From Parcubacteria group bacterium GW2011_GWA2_47_21 (lineage in GTDB: Bacteria > Patescibacteriota > Minisyncoccia > Phycocordibacterales > DSPV01), in contig LCOC01000005.1 of the NCBI GenBank assembly GCA_001000545.1, positions 10,013-74,012 of the forward strand: a stretch of DNA of 64,000 nt. The letters run 5' to 3'. The notes beneath the pieces are model-generated. The model ran no database searches and was not told where the DNA came from. It saw only the letters and a program-made list of their open reading frames with translations. The position numbers and the translations under genes were made by a program. Positions 9,685 through 19,010 of the stretch are shown piece by piece. Each line of letters begins with the position of its first letter. Within the stretch, counting starts at the first letter, position 1.

Positions 9685-10895
9685 TAACCCTTCTAACATT
9701 CATACACAACCTGAAGTCGCTTTGGGATGCGGCGTTTGAAGCTTGGTACGCTATCTTACTCACCGCTGTATTGGCGGCTGGAGTAATTTGGTGGCTTATC
9801 AAGTTCAAGCCATATAAGAAGGTGTGGACATGGATGCTTGCGGCGCTGAACTGGCCGGGGAAAATATTCGGATGGATGCTTGATAAGGTAGATAAAATGC
9901 TAAAGAAGTTGTTTTCTAAAACCACTTCGGCGCCGTTCAGCACTCGTTCAAGAATAATCGCGGCAATTGCCACCGGTATAGCTATCACCGGTATTGGATT
10001 AGCGGTCATACTAGGGACAGCCGGCGCCGGATTACCGTTACAGATGCCGAAAATCAGACAGGATGTACTGTGGGCAATCGGGGTTGTGTTTGTTTTGACA
10101 GTCATTGGCGGGTATTTCTTCTTCAAATGGCTCGTCGGTAAAGCAAAGTACAAACCAATCAGCACAGCGGCCGGCGGGAAAAAACCGTGGGATATCAAAA
10201 AGTTGAAGGATTCTCCGGTCGCCGGCACTTTGTTGGCACTGGCTGGGGTGGCTTTCATTTACTTCTTGACCAGCCAAATCTGGCCGAACTTCTGGGAAAA
10301 ATGGAGTGGTTCAGCTGGGTTTTGGTGGATACCGGTTGGCATTGCGGCGGGCTTCCTCCTTTACAACATTAAGGCGGGGTACGCGGCTACAGTTGCCGGT
10401 ATTGTCATTACCTTAATGTCCTTGGCCGTCATGGCAACCGCTCTATCCTCGTGCGTCGGGGTGTATAAGGAAAAGAAAACGGCGAAAATTGAAGCCGAAA
10501 GAAAGAAAAAGGAGGAAACAAAGCAATTGACGCTAGCAGAAGCGAGAAAAGACCCGACTAAGAGGGATTGGGAGTTGACATGGGAAAAAACGGATAATGT
10601 CGCGGGATACAATCCCCACCAGCGAAGCGGGACGTTCCAAGCAAAAGTAGTTCGGTTTGATGACAATGTCCTGGACATCCACGTCTATTACTCCCACGAA
10701 GGAAGGCGGTGGATATGCCGGATGAAAGGAGAAAAGCTGGGGCCGAAAACCTACGGCGGAACCTGGGAGCAGGACCCGCCGAAGTTACAAGGCCACTGGT
10801 CACTCACAAAAGTGGACGAAGACACCTTTATGGGTTGGCATACCAGTGAACGAAAAGAGAAGTATGTCCCCATGTGGCTCAAAGCCAAAAATTGA
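9681..10895 (+). CDS. Multi-pass membrane protein with soluble beta-rich C-terminal domain
   Basis: About six hydrophobic segments; ATGA overlap with the SPFH gene. Confidence 0.7.
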   Translation: MITLLTFIHNLKSLWDAAFEAWYAILLTAVLAAGVIWWLIKFKPYKKVWTWMLAALNWPGKIFGWMLDKVDKMLKKLFSKTTSAPFSTRSRIIAAIATGIAITGIGLAVILGTAGAGLPLQMPKIRQDVLWAIGVVFVLTVIGGYFFFKWLVGKAKYKPISTAAGGKKPWDIKKLKDSPVAGTLLALAGVAFIYFLTSQIWPNFWEKWSGSAGFWWIPVGIAAGFLLYNIKAGYAATVAGIVITLMSLAVMATALSSCVGVYKEKKTAKIEAERKKKEETKQLTLAEARKDPTKRDWELTWEKTDNVAGYNPHQRSGTFQAKVVRFDDNVLDIHVYYSHEGRRWICRMKGEKLGPKTYGGTWEQDPPKLQGHWSLTKVDEDTFMGWHTSERKEKYVPMWLKAKN

Positions 10896-10928
10896 AAAAA
10901 AGAAAAGGGATGTTCTTTAAGGATTCAC

Positions 10929-10958
10929 AAAAGCGGGAAATGACTTCCCGCTTTTTTT
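10929..10958 (+). terminator. Rho-independent terminator
   Basis: aaaagcgggaa-atgac-ttcccgc followed by a T run. Confidence 0.8.
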
Positions 10959-11060
10959 ATGTTGCGCGCCCACCCCCCCCGCAACTTGCCGCGTGGGTAA
11001 GTTTTTTTATTCTCAATACGATGATAAGATAAAGAAAATTAAAAATAACTTATCCTCAAA

Positions 11061-12551
11061 GTGAAAATCGTGCTTTATGTCGTTGTTTTTATCGGGGGCG
11101 CGGTCGTTATGGTTTTAGAGTTGGTGGCGACCCGTATTATCGCGCCCTATCTCGGCGCGTCATCAATCGTCTGGACGAGTTTAATCGGCGTCATTCTGGC
11201 GGGCCTAAGCGTCGGCTACTTTGTAGGCGGAAAAATCGCCGATAAGAAAGCGACTTACAAAGGACTCGCGCTTATTTTCATAATTGCCGGACTTTTGGTG
11301 ATTCTCATTCTCTACTTCAAGCCCATACTCGGCTTAATCGCAAAAATAGAAAACCTGCAAGCCGGAGCATTGCTCGCCTCTTTAATCCTCTTTACGCCGG
11401 CGACAATCGCTTTGGGCACCATTGCTCCTTACGCCGTCCGTCTCCGGATTGAGTCGCTCCAAAATTCCGGAAATATCGTAGGGAAACTCTACGCTCTTTC
11501 AACGGTCGGAAGCATTGTCGGCACCTTCCTCGGCGGGTTTTTCCTTATCTCGTATTTCGGGAGCACTAAAATTCTAGAATACTTAAGCGCCACTCTGATT
11601 TTATCCGGGGTCTTCGTATATGTGGCAGATACCAGAAAATCAACCGGCTTAATTGCCCTGCCTTTGCTCCCCATAATACTGACAGCAATCATTCCCCCTT
11701 ATGGCTTAATCCTGGAAAAAAACGCCGAACTTCTCACCGATGTGGACAGCGAATACAGCCGGCTTTGGGTCTACGACAGCAGAGATAAAAAAACCAATCG
11801 GCCCGCCCGCTACCTTACGACAAGCGTTGAACTCACCCAATCGGGCATGTATCTCGATAACCCCGAAGAACTCCTCTTGGATTATGCCAAACTGCTTGAC
11901 CTGGCGGAAATGTTCAACCCGAAACTTAACCGCGGGCTTTTAATCGGCGCCGGGGCGTATTCATACCCAAAATACTTTTTGAAAAAGTATCCGGAAGCCA
12001 CCCTGGACGCGGTAGAAATAGATGAAAAAATGACAATGTTAGCCAGACAATATTTCTTTCTGAAAGATAACCCGCGGCTTGCCATATACCACCAAGACGG
12101 GAGGACATTTTTAAGTCGAATTGATAATAAATACGACGCGATTTTCATTGATGCTTTCCTCTCGCCTCTTTCCATTCCCTATCACCTTACAACGGTTGAA
12201 ATTATAAAAATGGCAGAGAGCAAGCTCGCCACAGAGGGAGTGGTGATTGTAAATATCATCGGCGCGCTTCAAGGCCACCGAAGCGATTTTTTCACAGCGG
12301 AATACGGCACTTACAAAACAGTGTTTCCTAATGTATACGTTTTTCGCGCGCAACCGGAGCGAAAACCCGATGAATTGCAAAACATTATTCTCGTGGCCGC
12401 AAAATCAAATAACACGCTCGTTATTGACAATAAGCTTAGGAAAAGCGATTACTTAAAAAATTGGTGGCCAGAAAAAGTAACGACAAATTTGCCCATCTTA
12501 ACCGACGACTTCGCTCCGGTAGAAAAATATGTGACAAAATCAATGTTCTGA
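11061..12551 (+). CDS. Membrane domain fused to spermidine synthase-like SAM-dependent domain
   Basis: N-terminal TM region (ELVATRIIAPYLGAS), LLIGAGAY, VEID, DGRTF, IFIDAF and terminal LTDDFAPVE. Confidence 0.88.
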   Translation: MKIVLYVVVFIGGAVVMVLELVATRIIAPYLGASSIVWTSLIGVILAGLSVGYFVGGKIADKKATYKGLALIFIIAGLLVILILYFKPILGLIAKIENLQAGALLASLILFTPATIALGTIAPYAVRLRIESLQNSGNIVGKLYALSTVGSIVGTFLGGFFLISYFGSTKILEYLSATLILSGVFVYVADTRKSTGLIALPLLPIILTAIIPPYGLILEKNAELLTDVDSEYSRLWVYDSRDKKTNRPARYLTTSVELTQSGMYLDNPEELLLDYAKLLDLAEMFNPKLNRGLLIGAGAYSYPKYFLKKYPEATLDAVEIDEKMTMLARQYFFLKDNPRLAIYHQDGRTFLSRIDNKYDAIFIDAFLSPLSIPYHLTTVEIIKMAESKLATEGVVIVNIIGALQGHRSDFFTAEYGTYKTVFPNVYVFRAQPERKPDELQNIILVAAKSNNTLVIDNKLRKSDYLKNWWPEKVTTNLPILTDDFAPVEKYVTKSMF

Positions 12552-12768
12552 AAGACGGATACGAGAGATTTTTAATTCCCGAGTGATTTAACGGTTTCCC
12601 CCATCAAATTCATAATCCCGAAAGGCTTTGTTGAATAATTCATTTTATGGCTCTAAATAAGAGCATTTTGGGCAGTCAAAAAATGGGGCAAAATAGAGAT
12701 ACGGCTTAAAATAAGGATATTTTGGTTGAATTATTCAACAACGCCATCCCGAAAACCGAAAACATTAT
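12462..12768 (+). repeat. Direct repeat copy 1 (synthase 3' end, intergenic DNA, pilin 3' fragment), interrupted by a MITE
   Basis: Near-identical to 14782-14957; core also present at 13925-13992. Confidence 0.9.
12624..12745. mobile_element. 122-bp MITE with IS903-like (IS5 family) ends
   Basis: Terminal inverted repeats GGCTTTGTTGAATAATTCA and TGAATTATTCAACAACGCC (18/19 match); 9-bp duplication ATCCCGAAA at 12615-12623 and 12746-12754. Confidence 0.85.
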
Positions 12769-12782
12769 CTTGCCGTAAAAAA

Positions 12783-13835
12783 TTACAAAAAATAATTCGC
12801 CTGTGAAAAATCGTGTTGTTCCAAAAATAATTTTTTTGCCAGCGAGGCGTTTTGCAGTTCATAAAACAAAATCATGGCTTTTTTGTATTCCGTCTCGCCA
12901 GCGCTCCGCAAAGAAAGCGGACAGGTATTGGCCGCCAAAAGACAAGCATTCGCCAAGAGCCGCGCCGTCCTTTTATTGCCATCTTCAAACGGCTGAATAT
13001 AAGAAATGACGATAAGAGCAATCAGCGCTTTGTTCCAGGGATCGCCTGCCTCGTTTATTTTTTCAAGCCCAAGCTCCAACGCTTCTTTAATTTGGTATTT
13101 ATTGTCCAAAGGCCGATAATTCGTGCCGGTAATGCCAACCGGTTTGCCCCGTAAACCAAAATTCACATTCAAACCATCAACCAAAAACCGATGAATGTCC
13201 TCCGTATCGCGCAAAGAAACCGTCTCAAATTTTTGCTTATTGCCAAAAATATAATCAAGGGCTTTCTTATGATTAAGAATCATTACCGCCTCTTCCTTCG
13301 GATGCCCCGCGGCCTCTCTGTTTTCCTTAATCAAGGTCTCGGTGTCCAAAAGAGTGTAAGTGTTGCCCTCAATTTTTGAGGACTTCCATGAAAACTCTAT
13401 GGTAATTCTCTCAAATTCCTTTTTTAAAATATCGGGCGGTAAACCAGCGATTCTTTTTTTATAATCGCCGTCTTTCGTTTTTAACGCAGCCAATTCTTTT
13501 TGATTTATCAAACCGCCGAGTTTTTCCACTGCCGTTGTCTTAAACGAAATAGGCGCCGGCGCGCGTTGGTCCGGTTCTTGCGCCAGATAACTCTCAAAAT
13601 CCATCGGTTTCAGAAACGGATGCGGGGCAACCGCCCGGTAAGCCAAAGAGCGGCCTTTGCCAAACTTTTCCAAAACGCCAGCCGCCACCAAAACCGAAAA
13701 TTCTCTGGCGACGGTTTCTCGGGAAAATGGTTCATTTTGTTCGGCAAAAAAAGCCACCAAATCAGAATTTCTAACGGAAGCTCGGGTGGCGGCAAATTCA
13801 AGTATTTTTTGTTGTCTTTTAGTTAATTGTGTCAT
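12783..13835 (-). CDS. Fic/DOC family protein with N-terminal winged helix
   Basis: SSKIEGNT and the variant Fic motif QPFEDGNKRTAR. Confidence 0.9.
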   Translation of the reverse strand: MTQLTKRQQKILEFAATRASVRNSDLVAFFAEQNEPFSRETVAREFSVLVAAGVLEKFGKGRSLAYRAVAPHPFLKPMDFESYLAQEPDQRAPAPISFKTTAVEKLGGLINQKELAALKTKDGDYKKRIAGLPPDILKKEFERITIEFSWKSSKIEGNTYTLLDTETLIKENREAAGHPKEEAVMILNHKKALDYIFGNKQKFETVSLRDTEDIHRFLVDGLNVNFGLRGKPVGITGTNYRPLDNKYQIKEALELGLEKINEAGDPWNKALIALIVISYIQPFEDGNKRTARLLANACLLAANTCPLSLRSAGETEYKKAMILFYELQNASLAKKLFLEQHDFSQANYFL

Positions 13836-13924
13836 AAATTAACAACTATTCGCGTCAAGATGGCACAATTATACTGCCGTGTCTGACATAGAAGCAAATT
13901 CCGCGCAGAAGAATTCCTGACGGA

Positions 13925-13992
13925 AAATTTGCCCATCTTAACCGACGACTTCGCTCCGGTAGAAAAATATGTGACAAAATCAATGTTCTGAA
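13925..13992 (+). repeat. Direct repeat copy 2
   Basis: aaatttgcccatcttaaccgacg...caatgttctgaa is identical to 12485-12552. Confidence 0.9.
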
Positions 13993-14047
13993 GAACAGAT
14001 GCGGATAATAATGGGATATGTCCTTAAAATTTTTCGTATTTATACGG

Positions 14048-14389
14048 TTATTCTAAATATTCCTTAATACGAAGTGCCGCTGCCGGCACATTATTCTTCA
14101 GTGTGTACCAGATGGTCGGCAAGTCAATGCTGAAATAATCGTGCGCCACAACATCGCGAAGTCCTGCCATCTGTTTCCATGGAATATCAATAGATATTTT
14201 AATTGAATCAGGCACTTTCTTGGCAAGTTCTCCAACAACTTCCAGTTGCATAATAACGGCGCTCTGGCTTTTGCTATCCACAGAAAAATCTTCATACGAC
14301 ATGCCTTCGGTAAAAGCGCGAATTTTAGCAAAGGCGTCAAGCATCAGACGAAGATACGCCGTGTCATCCTTGTTTTTATCTGGTCCCAT
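14048..14389 (-). CDS. HepT-like HEPN (DUF86) ribonuclease toxin
   Basis: IPWKQMAGLRDVVAHDY contains the RX4H motif; lies downstream of an MNT gene. Confidence 0.9.
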   Translation of the reverse strand: MGPDKNKDDTAYLRLMLDAFAKIRAFTEGMSYEDFSVDSKSQSAVIMQLEVVGELAKKVPDSIKISIDIPWKQMAGLRDVVAHDYFSIDLPTIWYTLKNNVPAAALRIKEYLE

Positions 14390-14675
14390 AAATAATTTTC
14401 AAATCACGATAAATATAATCGCGAAAATACGGCACGATGGCTTTGTCAGAAATCAAATCAACCGGTTTTTGCAATCGTTCTGATAATTCTTCTTTAAACC
14501 CGACAAAATCCCACACGGAAAACGGCCGGTCTCCCAGAGAAACAAGAATATCCACATCACTGTCAGGTCTCGCATCACCGCGAGCGTATGACCCGAAAAT
14601 TCCGGCATAGCGAACTTCATATTTCCCCAAAATTGGTCTTATCGTGTCACCAATGTTTTGTATTGTCCTAGTCAT
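14376..14675 (-). CDS. Minimal nucleotidyltransferase (MNT) antitoxin
   Basis: FGSYARGDARPDSDVDILV motif. Confidence 0.92.
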   Translation of the reverse strand: MTRTIQNIGDTIRPILGKYEVRYAGIFGSYARGDARPDSDVDILVSLGDRPFSVWDFVGFKEELSERLQKPVDLISDKAIVPYFRDYIYRDLKIIYGTR

Positions 14676-14781
14676 ACAAAGATAATATCACAAGGAATGC
14701 GTGTTTGACAAAAAAAATAATAGCCAAAATACATCACTTGCGCCTAGAGAGCATAGAGAAAGGTTAAACCGCCGCCTTTCC

Positions 14782-14957
14782 TGGTGGCCAGAAAAAGTAA
14801 CGACAAATTTGCCCATCTTAACCGACGACTTCGCTCCGGTAGAAAAATATGCGACAAAATCAATGTTCTGAAAGACGGATACGAGAGATTTTTAATTCCC
14901 GAGTGATTTAACGGTTTCTCCTATCAAGTTCATAATCCCAAACGCCGAGAACATTAT
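14782..14957 (+). repeat. Direct repeat copy 3
   Basis: Matches 12462-12768 once the MITE is removed. Confidence 0.9.
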
Positions 14958-15098
14958 GAACATTCCGATGATACCGAAGATAATCGCTAATCCGCCCTCT
15001 TTCCTCTTCGCCGCGTCATCACCTTTGGCTACATAACGAAAGACCCCCCAAATAAATACCAGAAAAGCCAGTGACAGAAGCAAAAGGATAATCGGATT
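14892..15098 (-). pseudogene. Pilin-like gene lacking its N-terminus
   Basis: Frame reads NPIILLLLSLAFLVFIWGVFRY...IIFGIIGMFIM with no proper start; joined out of frame to the upstream pilin. Confidence 0.65.
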
Positions 15099-15528
15099 TC
15101 AAAAGTGGAATATCGTCGCTCTGCATTGTGCTGGAGCTCCCTGGAGCATCGGCTCTCTGCAAACCAAAAGTATAAAATAAAAGTTGGACAAACCCCCACA
15201 CCCCGACTAAAACCAACAAACCTATCACCCCATACATCATAAATTTACTTCCCTCGCTGCGTTGTTCCTCATTATGACCAGCGAAAACATATCGCATAAC
15301 CCCCCATAGAAATACCAATAAGCCCGCCCCCACTAATAATGAGAAAAGAGGAGCAAGAACCCCCCACCATGTCTCGGAAAGTAACGCCTCAACATAATTG
15401 CCGGGAGGAGCGAAATCAACGCGACCGGCAAAAACAAATCTAGAAAGCACAAAACCGGCAACGGTGGCCGTTACAGCCGTCGTCACACACTTTCTGACAA
15501 AAAATCTATTGGGGTTACTTCGGCTCAT
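15019..15528 (-). CDS. VirB2/TrbC-like pilin (C-terminus probably altered by a deletion)
   Basis: FLWGVMRYV..G.NEEQRSEGSKFMMYGVIGL..GVWG two-TM pilin signature. Confidence 0.8.
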   Translation of the reverse strand: MSRSNPNRFFVRKCVTTAVTATVAGFVLSRFVFAGRVDFAPPGNYVEALLSETWWGVLAPLFSLLVGAGLLVFLWGVMRYVFAGHNEEQRSEGSKFMMYGVIGLLVLVGVWGFVQLLFYTFGLQRADAPGSSSTMQSDDIPLLKSDYPFASVTGFSGIYLGGLSLCSQR

Positions 15529-15664
15529 TTAAATAGACAATTATAAACCGTAACAATATCCTGTAGCTTACATGAAAGAGTTTTGACGAACGAAAAGCAA
15601 TCTTTGTTCTGAAGACATCCTAAATTCCACCCTCAATAAATTTAAAAAAATTCACACCGCCTAT

Positions 15665-16108
15665 CTACGAACACCCGGGCGACTTACCAATCAGCGTGCA
15701 CTCTGCATCCGTAAGTGGCGCCAATCGCGGTCCCGGCAAGGCGCCTCCCAAACCAACGCCCAAAGTATAAGCAAGAATGTTTACTATACCCCACACCCCG
15801 ACCATCACGAATAGAGCGATAACCCCAAAAACCATAAAACTGGCGCCCGCCTTCCGTTTCTCGTCATTGCCGCCGGCGCTTATGTATTTTACGACGCCCC
15901 ATAAAAACACTACCAAACCGATGCTGATGGCCAGGGCTATAAACTGATTTACCCATGTCTTCAGTGTGGCTATCACATCCTCAAAGTAGGTAAAATCTGG
16001 AGTCCCCGCACTGACAACTAGCGGTAGAAAAACTGCACCGATCACTGCGGCGGTACAAATTACCAATGACATAACTTGATTCTGATATTTTTTACCAATT
16101 AACTTCAT
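15665..16108 (-). CDS. VirB2/TrbC-like pilin
   Basis: Signal peptide ending VSA, then FLWGVVKYISAGGNDEKRKAG...GVWG; start taken at ATG 16108. Confidence 0.85.
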   Translation of the reverse strand: MKLIGKKYQNQVMSLVICTAAVIGAVFLPLVVSAGTPDFTYFEDVIATLKTWVNQFIALAISIGLVVFLWGVVKYISAGGNDEKRKAGASFMVFGVIALFVMVGVWGIVNILAYTLGVGLGGALPGPRLAPLTDAECTLIGKSPGCS

Positions 16109-16335
16109 AAAAACGGGATTTAAATGTTGAAAATTAAAAACGCGCGACTTAAGAAAACTTAATCTAGTCAGCCGCAAGACGACCTTAAGCATAATAGCAC
16201 GCAAACCTATAGCATTGGCAAGTGCGCAGACCGTACTCACTACGGAACCCCGCCACCGAACTAACCGGCGGCGGGGTTGTAATTACGACAGAAACCGCCC
16301 AGCAAACAACACTGAAATGTCTGGAAAGAATCCTC

Positions 16336-16743
16336 CTATGGAACAGGAACGATTGGGACTCCTCCACCAGACCGTCCACCTGTAAAATCAGGATTAGGCA
16401 CACTACCGCCAAGACCAACATTTAAGGTGTAAGCAAGCAACCGGACAAGACCCCAAACACCTACTATCACAAACAAAGCAATAACCCCCCAAATCATTGT
16501 TCCGCGAGCCGCTTTCTTTTGCTCCTCGTCAGCGCCGGCAGTAATATACCGAATCACGCCCCACATAAAGACAACCAAAGCAACTCCTATAAGGAGAGGG
16601 ACAAGAGCTACCACCCAGTTAACTAGCGTTGACAGAGCACTATCAACATATCCACTTTGGACAGCGGCGGCCGCCGCAAACGACGGCAGAAGTAATACTG
16701 AGACAATCCCAACCAAACCAATTATTTTTGCTTTAAGAGACAT
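16336..16743 (-). CDS. VirB2/TrbC-like pilin
   Basis: FMWGVIRYITAGADEEQKKAARGTMIWGVIALFV. Confidence 0.88.
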   Translation of the reverse strand: MSLKAKIIGLVGIVSVLLLPSFAAAAAVQSGYVDSALSTLVNWVVALVPLLIGVALVVFMWGVIRYITAGADEEQKKAARGTMIWGVIALFVIVGVWGLVRLLAYTLNVGLGGSVPNPDFTGGRSGGGVPIVPVP

Positions 16744-17166
16744 ATAATAAATATATATTTATTATTCGCTTGTAAATTTTTATGTTTTCTTTAATTCTAA
16801 ATAAAGACCGAAGACCCATTAAAACAAAGAAAACTAACTGATTTTAGTGCTTGCGCATTAAAAACCTCGACCTTTAACACGCGGCACACCAAACATCATG
16901 CACGGGATAAGTGTACCCTTAAGCCCGAAACCTCGCAAGGTACCCCTGTGAATTACTTTTTCCTGTCTATGAGACATCGGCTAAAGATTTTAGCGTCTCA
17001 ATAATAAGATTCATTATGCCACAAACCCCCAAACATTATAAACATACCCATTATTTCGTAATTCAAAATCCGTAAATAATGGCTTGACTTTCCTATCCTC
17101 CTTTACATTGAGTTTTGTGTTAAATGCGTCCATATCGCAATATTTACTTTTTTAATACATGATTAA

Positions 17167-17538
17167 TTAACTGGGAATTTCCGGCACCTCCGGATAGCTC
17201 CGACCGGTTTCGCCCGTACTGATGCCGAGCGTGCCGGCAATCAAAGAGACCAATCCCCACACACCCGCCATTACGAATATAAATACCAATCCCCAGAGCA
17301 TAAACTTACCCGCTTCTTTCCGTTGTTCTTCATTGTCAGCGGCGCCAAGATATCTAACAATCTGCCAAATGAAAAAAATTAGAGCAAACCCAATTAGAAC
17401 GGCAACCAGCGGGTTAAGAACTTTGTATAATCCATCAAGAAATTTGGCGTAGTAGGAGAAATCTTGAGCCAATACAATAAGAGGTGCGTAGCCAGAAACC
17501 AGAATAAGCAGGAATTTCAGCTTATAACATTTTGGCAT
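17167..17538 (-). CDS. VirB2/TrbC-like pilin
   Basis: FIWQIVRYLGAADNEEQRKEAGKFMLWGL. Confidence 0.85.
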   Translation of the reverse strand: MPKCYKLKFLLILVSGYAPLIVLAQDFSYYAKFLDGLYKVLNPLVAVLIGFALIFFIWQIVRYLGAADNEEQRKEAGKFMLWGLVFIFVMAGVWGLVSLIAGTLGISTGETGRSYPEVPEIPS

Positions 17539-17560
17539 AAATTATTAAAAACTTTATCGT

Positions 17561-17986
17561 CTAGAAAGTCGGCGCGGTCGGCTTCGTCGACGACGAAAGA
17601 TTGAGTGTTACACTCAACAGATTTATCAACCCCCAAATTGAAAACATCACAAAAATACCGATGATGCCGAAGATAATAAAGTTCCGCGCCTCCTCTACCT
17701 TCTTACTGTCCGCCCCGGCGGTAATATACTTGAGCACGCCCCAAAGAAAAACCAGAACGGCAAGACCAATAACAAAAGCCACAAGTTGATTTACCAAAAT
17801 CTTCAAATTAACGACGATACTACTTAAAGTCGCGGCAAACACTACGGCCGGTAAAGCTGTTGCAAATAATGTCGGCAAGGCAACACCGGCAAAAAGTTTT
17901 TGGAAGTTTGCGCGCCCTGTTAGAAACCATGATGGTTTGTAGCGTGTCTTTGCCTCTAATGGGGAAATTTTGGCGATGGGGTTCAT
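17561..17986 (-). CDS. VirB2/TrbC-like pilin
   Basis: FLWGVLKYITAGADSKKVEEARNFIIFGIIG. Confidence 0.88.
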   Translation of the reverse strand: MNPIAKISPLEAKTRYKPSWFLTGRANFQKLFAGVALPTLFATALPAVVFAATLSSIVVNLKILVNQLVAFVIGLAVLVFLWGVLKYITAGADSKKVEEARNFIIFGIIGIFVMFSIWGLINLLSVTLNLSSSTKPTAPTF

Positions 17987-18007
17987 TACTTGTCTTTTTA
18001 TTTTGCA

Positions 18008-18433
18008 CTAACTTTGCTTTTTCAAAAAAGCATCCACCAGTTTAACATACTCAACATATTGGCCGAAACCGTTCCTAATGTGGGCAACCATCAATTTTTT
18101 ATTAACATCGCCGTATTGATGGACAATGGCGTTTCTCATTCCGACCGATGGCGCGATTTTTAACGCAAAGTCAATGGGCAACATTCCCGCCTCGGCAATG
18201 ATTGAAAAACTACTCTGATAATCGTCAGCGGTTTTCAGTCCACTTTCAGCTATCAAATGCATATTGATATCCACCGCCGCGTCAACCATACCCTGAAAGT
18301 GCCTTTCCAGCGCAGCGAGAACATCTTCGTCGCGAAGAAAATGTTCATCTCCTTTCTGGAACAATCTTTCAATTTTCTGATATCGCGACTGAATCTCATC
18401 CATCTTTCTTTTTATCACTTCCTTGTCAATCAT
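18008..18433 (-). CDS. HepT-like HEPN (DUF86) toxin
   Basis: GMRNAIVHQY motif. Confidence 0.9.
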   Translation of the reverse strand: MIDKEVIKRKMDEIQSRYQKIERLFQKGDEHFLRDEDVLAALERHFQGMVDAAVDINMHLIAESGLKTADDYQSSFSIIAEAGMLPIDFALKIAPSVGMRNAIVHQYGDVNKKLMVAHIRNGFGQYVEYVKLVDAFLKKQS

Positions 18434-18449
18434 ATTTTCCTACTCAATT

Positions 18450-18857
18450 TTAATGACTCAAGATAAATTTCTGAATCGCCGTTTCCCTTATTTCAAAAAG
18501 TCGTTTCGCTTCGGCAAAAAGTTTCAAAGCGTAAATTTTGAATGCGGCATATAGAGTCGATTTTTTTTGATAGAACAAAACGGAGTTGATCGCCACGTTT
18601 TTCATCAGAAGCGGCGGCGCTTTTTTCAAATCAACTAAGTCAGTTTTTCCGATTTTCAGAATCTCAGAAAGTTCAAACTCCATTCGGACTTGTTCTTCAA
18701 AACTTTTGGGTTGAGCGGAGATAAAACCAAAATCGTAATCGCTTTTTTTGTGAGTTTTGCCGGAAACCTGCGAACCGAACAACACCAACAAGTCCAAGTC
18801 GTGTTTCTCAGCGAATCCCGACGCTTTTTCTTTTATTATCTCTAAATTTTTCACCAT
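18450..18857 (-). CDS. MntA-like nucleotidyltransferase antitoxin
   Basis: LFGSQVSGKTHKKSDYDFG motif. Confidence 0.9.
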   Translation of the reverse strand: MVKNLEIIKEKASGFAEKHDLDLLVLFGSQVSGKTHKKSDYDFGFISAQPKSFEEQVRMEFELSEILKIGKTDLVDLKKAPPLLMKNVAINSVLFYQKKSTLYAAFKIYALKLFAEAKRLFEIRETAIQKFILSH

Positions 18858-18978
18858 CTTATAATATCACAAGATATCGATATTTACCAAAAACCGGTGA
18901 TAGCAAAACGGCGGCGAGGATGGCAGCGAAAAGTTTTTGGGATTTTGCGCGCCCTGTTAGGCAAAACGAAGGTTTAGC
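18858..18978 (-). pseudogene. Degenerate duplicate of the 5' end of pilin 17561-17986
   Basis: Reads KPSFCLTGRAKSQKLFAA versus KPSWFLTGRANFQKLFAG in the intact gene. Confidence 0.7.
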
Positions 18979-19010
18979 TTCGTTTTATCTTATGCATACC
19001 CCCCCTCAAT

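Noticed and set aside
12462-14957. Near-identical repeats as a diversity-generating retroelement TR/VR pair
   Set aside because: No reverse transcriptase, and the mismatches are not confined to adenines.
16860-16960. Possible riboswitch upstream of pilin 16336-16743
   Set aside because: Some short stems but no recognisable aptamer consensus.
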